From: Staphylothermus hellenicus DSM 12710
Lineage (GTDB): Archaea > Thermoproteota > Thermoprotei_A > Sulfolobales > Desulfurococcaceae
Reading direction: 5' to 3'
Length of the DNA: 32,000 nt
NCBI RefSeq assembly: GCF_000092465.1
Contig: NC_014205.1
Location: 450,001-482,000 of the forward strand
A program made the translations under genes and the position numbers. Each line of letters starts with the position of its first letter. The stretch's first letter is position 1. Under the pieces are notes generated by a model that was not told the origin of the DNA, searched no databases, and saw nothing but the letters and a program-made list of their open reading frames with translations. Positions 1 to 7,700 of the stretch are shown one piece after another.

Positions 1-32
1 TACAGCCTTCCAATACATAAAAGAAGGCTGTA
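1..32. other. Perfect inverted repeat / hairpin at window edge (stem 1-10 tacagccttc with 23-32 gaaggctgta, 12-nt loop)
   Basis: Read directly from the sequence. Function unknown; possibly the 3' end of an upstream transcript. Confidence 0.5.
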
Positions 33-116
33 AAACATAAAGGTTATAAATTCATAGACAAATATATAAATGTTAGGCCCTTTGTTTGAATGTTGTGAAT
101 GAAAAATATACTCGCC

Positions 117-124
117 TTATAATA
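117..124 (+). promoter_or_regulatory. TATA-like box TTATAATA centred about 25 nt upstream of the ORF 145 ATG (leaderless-type archaeal promoter)
   Basis: AT-rich octamer at the distance expected for an archaeal TATA box when transcription starts at or near the start codon. Confidence 0.4.
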
Positions 125-144
125 GTTGGCCTGGAGGCGGGTGT

Positions 145-2262
145 ATGGATGATCTGAGCAGGTCTCAGAATTTATCTTCTCAGAACTGTAATCTGTTCAT
201 GGACACTGCAGTTATAAGTGATAATAAGCCTGTTTCTGAGAAATCCGAGATTGCATGTGTCATATCAAAAGCATTTAATATTGCAGCTAAAGATCATATA
301 AAATTAGAATTAACCTCAATAATTGTGGGTATTATTTTATTAGTGTTCTCTATATTTCTATTAATTCTTGGAGGAGTTGGAGTAATCGATTTAGCTGCAG
401 GATTAATTGGTATTGTAGTGTTGGCATGTATAGGAGCTTTTATTATATTATACGGTTTATTTATCCATAAACCTGATGAAATATCGATGCTTTCAAAAGT
501 ATATGTTGTCAGTCATCTTATTCCATATAAACCAGGATCGGCGTTACTTTTCGATGGAACTGGTATAATACCAGAGCAGGTTATGGAATATAAAGATATA
601 CCTCTTGCCAAAATCAAAGAGTTGTCTAGTAAATTACCTAGCTCACCAATATCATATAAAAACGAAACTGCATTGGTTGATATCTTGGATCAAATAAAAC
701 AGCTTACAGGGAAAATTAAAAAATACCAATTTAAGGCACCTGTCGTGCCGAATAGCAACTTATATGTAAATGCAGTTCTTGACAGTCTTCCCTACTGTGT
801 AAAGGGTGCCCCCTTAAGAAATCCTTTAGGAACAAAAATTTCTATACAAGATGCAGTTCAATATAGACAGGAAATTGAACGACTAGAAGAAGGTAAAGAA
901 GCCATAGATACAATGAATGAGGTAAAGAATACTATAACACATAAATCAAAACCTTTCATAGACAATCTTATAAAATGTTTAAATGATATAGATTCCTATA
1001 TATCAAATATCGCAGAATTACTGAGAGAACGATTTATTAATGGGTTCAATATTCATGCGGATCCAAAAGCGGATGCTGAGTATGGTTATGAATACGTCAA
1101 TTCTAAATACCATATCAAAGTAGGATCATCAGAAAATAAAAACATTTCTAACCCCATCAACACTTTTCAGCGTGTGATTGATTATTTTGACGAGAGTATT
1201 AGAAGAGAAATTGGAAGAATAAGAAAGGATGGAGAAAGAAGAATTAAAGAGAGAAAAGAGAGAGCTGAGAGTGAAGAAAGGTTGATACGGCAAAACTACG
1301 ATTTGCAGATCGAGAGTAAAAAGTCGGAAAAATCAACCTATGAGAAGCAAGCAGAAAATGCATATAGAGAATATAGGTCCTCATATAATCAATATAAATC
1401 ATATTTGGAGGAGGCAAGGAGAGCGAGGAGTGGAGAGTATCCTGACTATGAGAAAGCTCAGCATTATGAGGAGATGGCTCAATACTATAAAATGCAAGCA
1501 GATGAATATTATTCTCAATATGAAGATGCGGAATCAAGGGCAGAAGCTTTAGAAAATATAATAAACAAACTTGAGAGCCGGAAAAAAAGGGAAATCAAGC
1601 AAATAAGAGATAAGGCAAGTCGGGATATAGCCAGTATTAAAGAGGAGATAAAAAATGAAATATTAGATCTAAGAAAATTTATTAACGAGATTATTGAAAA
1701 GAGAAATACCCAGATAGAAATGTTCGAAAAAATATATAATACTCTACTATCCTCAGAAAAGGAATTACAATCAGCACCATTTAATAATAGAAAGAATACA
1801 ATAATGGAATTACAAAGTTCAATATTTTCAGTTTTAGATGATAGAATAAAAGAGAGGTCTAAGGTTCTTCAACAAATTGGATCTTTCAAAATTAATATAG
1901 ATATGCAAAAACCAACCAGTATATACATTCCCTTCTGGATTATAATTGTAAAGAGGAAAAAAGGTCCTGAAACTATTATATTCCCCCCGTTAAAAATAAT
2001 CCATCCATCTGAAACATCAAAATCAAGGTGGAAGTTTGTTGAATTTACTGCACCTTTATCAAATGCTTTAGAGAAGTTTACGGATTATCTAAAAACTGAT
2101 TGGATTATAAATGAAGCTAAAACTGCCTCTATCTTAGGAAAAATAGATCATCAAGTAGCCTCAGAGATTGATCGCTTGGTCTCGAGGGGATTTTTCGGAC
2201 AAGGTTATGCAGATAGAATTAAGAAATATTATGGTCTAATCCCAGTAGGAGGTGAGAAATAA
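145..2262 (+). CDS. Membrane-anchored coiled-coil protein, function unknown
   Basis: 705-aa ORF. Two hydrophobic helices near the N-terminus (LELTSIIVGIILLVFSIFLLILGG...ACIGAFIILYGLFI). Long E/K/R/Y-rich region typical of coiled coils (ERRIKERKERAESEERLIRQNY...EIKNEILDLRKFINEIIEKRNTQIEMFEK). No catalytic motif recognised. The stop overlaps the next start (ATAATG). Confidence 0.75.
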   Translation: MDDLSRSQNLSSQNCNLFMDTAVISDNKPVSEKSEIACVISKAFNIAAKDHIKLELTSIIVGIILLVFSIFLLILGGVGVIDLAAGLIGIVVLACIGAFIILYGLFIHKPDEISMLSKVYVVSHLIPYKPGSALLFDGTGIIPEQVMEYKDIPLAKIKELSSKLPSSPISYKNETALVDILDQIKQLTGKIKKYQFKAPVVPNSNLYVNAVLDSLPYCVKGAPLRNPLGTKISIQDAVQYRQEIERLEEGKEAIDTMNEVKNTITHKSKPFIDNLIKCLNDIDSYISNIAELLRERFINGFNIHADPKADAEYGYEYVNSKYHIKVGSSENKNISNPINTFQRVIDYFDESIRREIGRIRKDGERRIKERKERAESEERLIRQNYDLQIESKKSEKSTYEKQAENAYREYRSSYNQYKSYLEEARRARSGEYPDYEKAQHYEEMAQYYKMQADEYYSQYEDAESRAEALENIINKLESRKKREIKQIRDKASRDIASIKEEIKNEILDLRKFINEIIEKRNTQIEMFEKIYNTLLSSEKELQSAPFNNRKNTIMELQSSIFSVLDDRIKERSKVLQQIGSFKINIDMQKPTSIYIPFWIIIVKRKKGPETIIFPPLKIIHPSETSKSRWKFVEFTAPLSNALEKFTDYLKTDWIINEAKTASILGKIDHQVASEIDRLVSRGFFGQGYADRIKKYYGLIPVGGEK

Positions 2263-2993
2263 TGGTTAAAAAACCTGTATTATCCCGAGAGGCAGTTTAT
2301 GATACAGAAGATAGATTTGAAATGGAAGCAGGATATTATCCGGGTGATATCCTTCCAAGAACAGAGCGTGCAATAAATCGCCCCATTATAATTAAGGATG
2401 GCTGTGTAATACATGGAGTGATCTTTGGAGGACGTGTCCAACTTGGTAATAATGTTAGAGCTCTGGGGATATATGGTGATCAAGAAGTAGTAATAGGTGA
2501 ATCTTGTGAAATAGTTGGATATATTCAAAGCAGCGGTAAAATTAGAGTTGGCAGTAATACGAAGGTGCTATGTGATATAATTGGAAAAGAAATTGATATA
2601 TGGGACAAGGTAAGAATTTATGGTAACGTTATTGCAGATGGTAATATTAATGTTGGTAATGATGTAGAAATTGGTGGATATGTGGTATCTTTAAATGGCT
2701 CTATTGGTATAGGGGATAATTCAAAAGTATTTGATATAATCGCTTATGGTAATATTGAATTAGGGCATGGCGTGGTTATAGCTGATCCCGTAATATGGAG
2801 TCAAAAAGGAAAAATCACTTTATATTCAAAGATAAAAGTTGGCAAGAATTATGAAGTAGTTCATGACAGAGATAGAAACATTGTGGAATCTAATAAAATT
2901 AATCTACATTATATTTTATCTAGGACTTTTACTAAAAGCTTGTATAATGATCTCATTAAATCTTTAGGCGGTGTAAAGACGCGATCTAAATAA
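2262..2993 (+). CDS. Beta-helix repeat protein (bactofilin/DUF583-like or hexapeptide-repeat-like)
   Basis: 243 aa with repeated short-strand/turn motifs (VRIYGNVIADGNINVGNDVEIGGYVVSLNGSIGIGDNSKVFDIIAYGNIELGHGVVIA). These are typical of polymer-forming beta-helical proteins. The start is coupled to the ORF1 stop. Confidence 0.7.
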   Translation: MVKKPVLSREAVYDTEDRFEMEAGYYPGDILPRTERAINRPIIIKDGCVIHGVIFGGRVQLGNNVRALGIYGDQEVVIGESCEIVGYIQSSGKIRVGSNTKVLCDIIGKEIDIWDKVRIYGNVIADGNINVGNDVEIGGYVVSLNGSIGIGDNSKVFDIIAYGNIELGHGVVIADPVIWSQKGKITLYSKIKVGKNYEVVHDRDRNIVESNKINLHYILSRTFTKSLYNDLIKSLGGVKTRSK

Positions 2994-3013
2994 ATATTTA
3001 GGCGGTGTAAAGA
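2963..3013 (+). repeat. 17-bp direct repeat tttaggcggtgtaaaga at 2963-2979 and 2997-3013 (34-bp offset), spanning the stop of ORF 2262-2993 and the start of ORF 3013-3495
   Basis: Exact match read from the sequence. Both copies encode L-G-G-V-K in their respective reading frames. Confidence 0.9.
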
Positions 3014-3495
3014 TGCCTAGATGCCCAAAATGTGGAAAAATATATGTGGGGGATACTTGTCCTTATTGTGATAAACCTAAAGAGATCAAAGATGATAGAC
3101 CTTCTCTTGATGAATTAGGTTGGAACGATTTGGATGAAATCTATTTCGATCCAGAAAAAATTGAAAAGCCAAAGATCGAGGTTCATGGTGCATATGTACA
3201 AGGGAATATTTATGGTACATATATACAAGGAGATGTAAAGATCACTCATGGAGATAAAACCCAAAGAGATCTCTGCTATGAATCGGTTCTACTTTCAGCT
3301 AAGCATAAAGATTACTCTGAGGTTCTGAAGAATCTTTCAGCTCTTAGAGATTATGCTGGAGAAGATGAAAGAAAAGAGATAGACAGCTTAATAGGAGAAA
3401 TTAACTTCAGAATGAAGAGGGAAATAGAGTTTGATGACGAACTTGTTGAAAGGATAAAGGTTTTGGTATACAAGGTTAAGATGAGCGGGAAGTAG
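3013..3495 (+). CDS. Zinc-ribbon protein, function unknown
   Basis: 160 aa. N-terminal CPKC-x8-CPYC zinc ribbon, a short beta-helix-like stretch (GAYVQGNIYGTYIQGDVKITHGD), and a helical C-terminus. Confidence 0.7.
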   Translation: MPRCPKCGKIYVGDTCPYCDKPKEIKDDRPSLDELGWNDLDEIYFDPEKIEKPKIEVHGAYVQGNIYGTYIQGDVKITHGDKTQRDLCYESVLLSAKHKDYSEVLKNLSALRDYAGEDERKEIDSLIGEINFRMKREIEFDDELVERIKVLVYKVKMSGK

Positions 3496-3566
3496 CAGTG
3501 CTCAAGGCCTTTTAGGGATCTGGTAGCTCTTATGACAGGGGTTGATTAATCAATAACGGCTGCGGC

Positions 3567-4224
3567 TCACCCTCTCTTCTTCCTCCTGCCTATTGCTTCA
3601 TCAATCATCGATATTATCTTAGCCTTCTCTCTTTCATAAGCCATCTTCTTAGCCCTCTTTCTTCTAAGAAGTCTTCTAAGACATGTAGAGACACCTATAT
3701 AAGATAAGGCAAGAAGGGTTGCAATACCCCCGTAGATCAGGTAATTGTTGATATAAGGGGCGAAATCGTCTTCGTTTATTACTCCACCCTGATCAATGTC
3801 GATAGCATGAGATTTCGCCCTCAGCCAATATTCGAGCTTTAGAATAATCCCTGCTGTTGAATGCTGCTTGAGCCTGAGAGAGAAGACTTTCAGCATCCTC
3901 AGTGTGATAACCCAAATATTTCATAATAGTCCTAATAGCTGATACGAGAAGACTTTTAGCCTTACCAGTGTCATAACCTTTTGATTTCTCCTGAGAAATT
4001 ACAGATTTTGCTTCTTGGATGGCTGATTGTGCTAGAAGGCGAATATTTCCGAAGAAGTGAACCTTATTATATGATCCTGCTACAATGTATGAGGCATCTG
4101 CTGAGACTGAGACATCATAAACATCATAACAGGTCCAGTCATGACATATCTCATGGCTCCAGACCAATTCATATTCCTGCCCCTGAGCGATAGGGGTTAA
4201 GAGGAGAATGAAGAATGCAAGCAA
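3567..4224 (-). pseudogene. Secreted/C-terminally anchored protein interrupted by a frameshift (ORFs 3793-4224 and 3567-3896)
   Basis: The 143-aa ORF has a signal-like N-terminus (MLAFFILLLTPIAQG). The overlapping 109-aa ORF in another frame carries a TM helix (YLIYGGIATLLALSYIGV) and a basic tail. The sense continues across frames near 3833-3840: ...AAFNSRDYSKA then LEYWLRAKSHAIDIDQGG... Confidence 0.5.
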
Positions 4225-4245
4225 AAGTATTATAGTCCTCGTCTT

Positions 4246-6078
4246 TCACACCTTTATCCTTGCCATATTTATGATCTCCTTCAGCTTTTCCTTTATTTCT
4301 CTTTTCAGACTATCAATTTCAATGCTTTTAGTGCTTCTGTAGGCATCATACATTCTGATAACCTCGTCTATCTCAGCCTTCACATCAGAGCTTACATCGT
4401 CCCTCATGTGCTTTAGCTGTGTAATGCATTTTTCTAAATCCTCAGTTTCTAGATATATCTCGATAATCATGGAGTGAGAATTTATTCTCAGCACCCTGTC
4501 CCTTGTCACCTTAATCTCCATTCCGAGCACCTCGGCAAGATCCATCAGCAACTCCCTGATGCTCTGGTAACGGTTCTCCTTGTTCTTCTCTAGGCATTTC
4601 ATGATTATTGGCTCTAAGAACTTTGCATCTGGGTTAAGCTTTGAGGGTGGGATGGGGTCTTCATTCAATATCTTATGTTTAACAGCTTCTTCGCTCTTAG
4701 CCTCGAAAGGAGGTTTCCCTGTAACGAGCTCATAGAATATTTGTCCGAGCTGGAATATATCTGTCTTCTCATCAACTGGCTCATCTTTAATCTGCTCCGG
4801 TGCAGCATAGAGCGGTGTGTAGCCTTTTGCCTTTCCACTGGTAAGCCTGCTCCTCCTTAGGACCTTTGCCATTCCCCAGTCAGTAATTTTAGGCTTGTCA
4901 TCTTTGATGAGAATATTGCCTGGCTTTAGATCAAGGTGGCATACGTTCTTTGAATGTGCATATCTTAATCCCTTAGCTATCTCGAAAATGAGGCGAGCAG
5001 CCTTCATTGGTGGTATAGGTTTCTCTATTCTGTCAAGTGAGTAGTCAGCTAGCTCCATCTCTATATATCCTCTTGGAACTACGTTGTAATCATAGATCCT
5101 CGCTATGTTTGGATGATCCATGGTTTTCCATATCGAGACCTCATCCACGAAGTTCTTACCCATCTTCTCGTCCCAGTACTTTGGTATCTTGACGGCAACA
5201 AGCCTCCCATCCTCCCTTCTCCTAGCCTTATAAACCCAGTAGTATCCTCCCTCTCCAATATATTTAGGCTCGGTATAATACTTAAGGAGATCCTTTGGAA
5301 AAGTGAGAATTATGTCTTCTCTCTTAACCTCAACTCCTCTTTCTATCTCTCCTACACCCATTAGTTTGACCTCCCTAACACTCTTCCTCCCGATCATTAC
5401 ATCGGTGCATCTCCTTATGTTTTCAACGCAAATATAGATGTGCGCATCCACCTCATCCTTTAACTCACTAATCTTGTTTTCCGCAATGTAGTCGCTCAGC
5501 TTCTCGAAGTAGTCACGGGCTCTCCTGTATGCTTCTTTGGCATTATAGTATTCTCGTTTATTGAAAAATTCTTCTCCATTTCTCATCATGTCCTCTCCTA
5601 TTTCGATGCGGGCCCTAACTATGCCAATCATAGCCTTCTTCTTCAGCTCATTATATTGCTTTTTTCCGAAGGAGATTTTGAAGGAGATGGAGTTTAAGTA
5701 TTCAAGGGTCTGGGAAAACCTCTTTTCCTTCGCTTTCCCCCTCTCCTTTGATGCAGCCTCTATCATCTTCCCAGCCTTTTCCAGCATGCAAGCTTCAATG
5801 CTTCTATCCATCTCTTTAATAGCTCCCAATATCTTCTCCCAATCCTCCCTGAAGTTGAAGCTTTTCGCTATTGATACAGCTTTCAAGTAGAGCTCCTTCG
5901 CATGTTTAAACTTATTCATAGCATCGTCAAACTTTTCGGAGTTGAAGAGTTTTTTAGCATCCCTCACAATCCTGTTTGCCTCATCAACAAGAGCGATCAT
6001 CTCCCTATTAGCCTTTGCTTTTTCAGCTTTTTCTATGTCCTCTTTGATACCATTTATTGTGCTCCTAAGCCTCTCCAC
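4246..6078 (-). CDS. Hanks-type Ser/Thr protein kinase with a long N-terminal helical region
   Basis: Motifs: LVAVKIP (VAIK-type lysine), HLDLKPGNILI (catalytic loop, HLD instead of HRD), ITDWGMAK (DFG equivalent), LYAAPEQ (APE). About 260 aa of helical/coiled N-terminal sequence. Confidence 0.9.
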   Translation of the reverse strand: MERLRSTINGIKEDIEKAEKAKANREMIALVDEANRIVRDAKKLFNSEKFDDAMNKFKHAKELYLKAVSIAKSFNFREDWEKILGAIKEMDRSIEACMLEKAGKMIEAASKERGKAKEKRFSQTLEYLNSISFKISFGKKQYNELKKKAMIGIVRARIEIGEDMMRNGEEFFNKREYYNAKEAYRRARDYFEKLSDYIAENKISELKDEVDAHIYICVENIRRCTDVMIGRKSVREVKLMGVGEIERGVEVKREDIILTFPKDLLKYYTEPKYIGEGGYYWVYKARRREDGRLVAVKIPKYWDEKMGKNFVDEVSIWKTMDHPNIARIYDYNVVPRGYIEMELADYSLDRIEKPIPPMKAARLIFEIAKGLRYAHSKNVCHLDLKPGNILIKDDKPKITDWGMAKVLRRSRLTSGKAKGYTPLYAAPEQIKDEPVDEKTDIFQLGQIFYELVTGKPPFEAKSEEAVKHKILNEDPIPPSKLNPDAKFLEPIIMKCLEKNKENRYQSIRELLMDLAEVLGMEIKVTRDRVLRINSHSMIIEIYLETEDLEKCITQLKHMRDDVSSDVKAEIDEVIRMYDAYRSTKSIEIDSLKREIKEKLKEIINMARIKV

Positions 6079-6428
6079 AATCTCTCTCTCCCCCTCCTCC
6101 TACCCGCAAGCTCAAGCGCGCTCTCATACTCCTCCAGAGCTATCCTCCATTTCTCTATGGCATCTGAGAACCTCCCGCTTTCAAATGCTTTTCCTCCCTC
6201 ATTGTCGAGCTTCCTCGCCCTACTGAGAAGGTAATCTGTTGTAGGCTTTGCAGCTAGTTGCGCCTTCCTAGCAAGCTCTAGAGCTCTATCTAACTCATCA
6301 TTCTCAAGAGCCTCCCTTACCCCAAGCAGATATTGGAAAGCCTCTCCAAAATTTGCCCCGGGATTCCTCCTCCTTATCTCTTCAATAGCCTTCTTAACCT
6401 CCTTCTTAACCTTTATGTAGTTTTCCAA
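6054..6428 (-). CDS. Helical-repeat ORF, probably the frameshift-separated N-terminus of the kinase
   Basis: 124-aa ORF with a TTG start and TPR-like helical sequence. It overlaps the kinase ORF by 25 nt. The two frames could be joined inside a polypurine run (coding-strand AGGAGGAGGGGGAGAGAGAGA, 6081-6100). Confidence 0.5.
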   Translation of the reverse strand: MENYIKVKKEVKKAIEEIRRRNPGANFGEAFQYLLGVREALENDELDRALELARKAQLAAKPTTDYLLSRARKLDNEGGKAFESGRFSDAIEKWRIALEEYESALELAGRRRGRERLWRGLGAQ

Positions 6429-6539
6429 GGTCCAAATAAACTCCCTTCCAAGGAGAATTTACAGCTTAGCTTCAACACTATAATATTTCATTAAAACATA
6501 TATAAATAAATAGCATTACTTCTTTTCTCTTTTCACCAC

Positions 6540-6760
6540 AGAATAGTGGTTCGGCCTATATAGGCTTTGATTAACCTACATAAGGCTTTCACACCGTTCT
6601 GGCTAGCTGTAGTTTTTGTTGCTCTTATTACGGCTAGCCTTTCCCTCTCTGGTTTCATGGGGGCTTTCGGGAGGAATGGGGTGCTCCCCGCATCTTCGGA
6701 TGCTTCTAAACCCGCGCCCATTCGGGCTTAGCTTTCCCCTACATATTGGGCGCAGACCCA
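6540..6760. ncRNA. GC-rich hairpin-dense island, candidate structured RNA of unknown family (strand unresolved)
   Basis: Perfect stems at 6601-6607/6633-6639, 6678-6681/6686-6689, 6690-6694/6699-6703 (UUCG loop on the + strand) and 6714-6720/6747-6753. TATA-like boxes are available for either strand (6507-6521 for +; reverse complement of about 6775-6790 for -). The 62-aa ORF here is judged spurious. Confidence 0.35.
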
Positions 6761-6852
6761 TATCTCATCAACTATACTAGATAAACACGCATATGAACAT
6801 TTCCTACGAAGCAAAATATATAAACGTTACGAAAGCAACGCTATATGTTTCA

Positions 6853-6951
6853 GCCCCGGCTAGGGAGCCCTGCACTTGGAGAACCTATGGACTCCCCCAC
6901 CGAAGACAGGTTAGTCTAGGGCTCATCTCCCTCGCTACCCTTATCGGGGTC
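6853..6951 (+). ncRNA. Second GC-rich island, candidate small structured RNA
   Basis: AAATATATAAAC box at 6824-6836, about 25 nt upstream. Terminal pairing GCCCCG (6853-6858) with CGGGGT (6945-6950). Internal GGGAG...CTCCC pairing. No tRNA T-loop. Confidence 0.3.
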
Positions 6952-7390
6952 GTTTACAATACTGCCACAAATACTTATCAATTACTTAATAGCTTCGATA
7001 GGCCTAAGCAAAGTTCTGTATATTCTGTATATTTGTGCTATAGGATCGATTTAGAAGAACTATGATGTTGATTCTGAAATATTAAAATATAGCTTGGAAT
7101 CTTTTAATCAAACCATACAATATATGGTGTATCATCTTTAATTAATAAGTCTAGCATCTTGAAGGTATATGGGGGTGTAATGTAAAATAGTGAAACTATC
7201 TAAAATCATACTTACCTGTAACATCTTCTAGACATCTACTAAAAACATAGAATATAACTTATATGCTATTATGTTTATTAAGCATATTATTGCTATCCAG
7301 TATAATATAACACGCCTCCTCCACGACACTAGAGATCAAAAATATAGTTTTGCTTTCTCAGCATTTACATGCTGGCGCTCCTGAAGAGAA

Positions 7391-7400
7391 TTTATATAAG
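7391..7400 (+). promoter_or_regulatory. TATA-like box TTTATATAAG upstream of the 7421-7641 GC-rich segment
   Basis: Strong TATA-like decamer about 25 nt before the abrupt rise in GC content. Confidence 0.35.
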
Positions 7401-7420
7401 TGGTTGCTTAATATTGTATT

Positions 7421-7641
7421 CTACTATGACCAGGCCTTCGCGCCCGATGTGAGGTAAGCTAGGCCTGAAGGGGTAGAAAACTTTAAGTATTCTAGATTAT
7501 GTCTTTCTACGTAGGGTGCTCTAGGGGTTGATGGGAGCTTTGCTCCGAGACCCATAGAGGCCTCCATGTAAATGGGAGGCCCGTGATGTTGGCCCCTGAC
7601 AGCCACCCATGACACCACAACCCTTCTTTTTAGGATTGTGG
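7421..7641 (+). ncRNA. GC-rich structured segment: independent sRNA or long structured leader of ORF 7701
   Basis: Perfect stems at 7431-7437/7461-7467, 7534-7538/7542-7546 and 7559-7565/7575-7581. Hairpin 7615-7641 carries a T5 run (7627-7631) in its loop. Wobble pairs favour the + strand. Confidence 0.35.
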
Positions 7642-7700
7642 GAGAGTGGGAGTCCCTACCACAAGCACAAACATATAGAATGACACAGTAGAGACAAACG

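Noticed and set aside
1244-1552. Nested ORFs within the coiled-coil region of ORF 145-2262 (both strands)
   Set aside because: They are products of low-complexity purine-rich repeats. The long sense ORF explains the region.
4675-6234. Several plus-strand ORFs (61-110 aa) opposite the kinase genes
   Set aside because: They are antisense to a gene with unambiguous kinase motifs. Their sequences are S/L/F-rich and typical of the reverse frame of E/K-rich coding sequence.
6540-6760. RNase P RNA on the minus strand (GAGGGAAAGGC and CAGAAC...GCCUUAU resemble CR-I and CR-V)
   Set aside because: Only two short motifs fit, and they are about 50 nt apart. The canonical GGAAAGUCC is absent, and I cannot assemble P1-P3 or the specificity domain. 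This stays a hypothesis to test with a covariance model and is not a call.
6853-6951. Possible intron-containing tRNA (terminal 6-bp helix, about 100 nt)
   Set aside because: There is no GGTTCRAATCC-type T-loop, no D-arm consensus, and no plausible anticodon stem with a bulge-helix-bulge intron motif.
7066-7420. AT-rich 350-bp stretch as a replication origin
   Set aside because: There are no repeated ORB/mini-ORB-like elements or flanking inverted repeats, and no orc1/cdc6 or whiP gene nearby.
6533-7618. Track ORFs 6533-6721 (-), 6793-7065 (+) and 7424-7618 (-)
   Set aside because: All three coincide with GC-rich stem-loop islands or span promoter-like AT-rich spacers. No SD or TATA context fits their starts. 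An RNA or non-coding interpretation is preferred.
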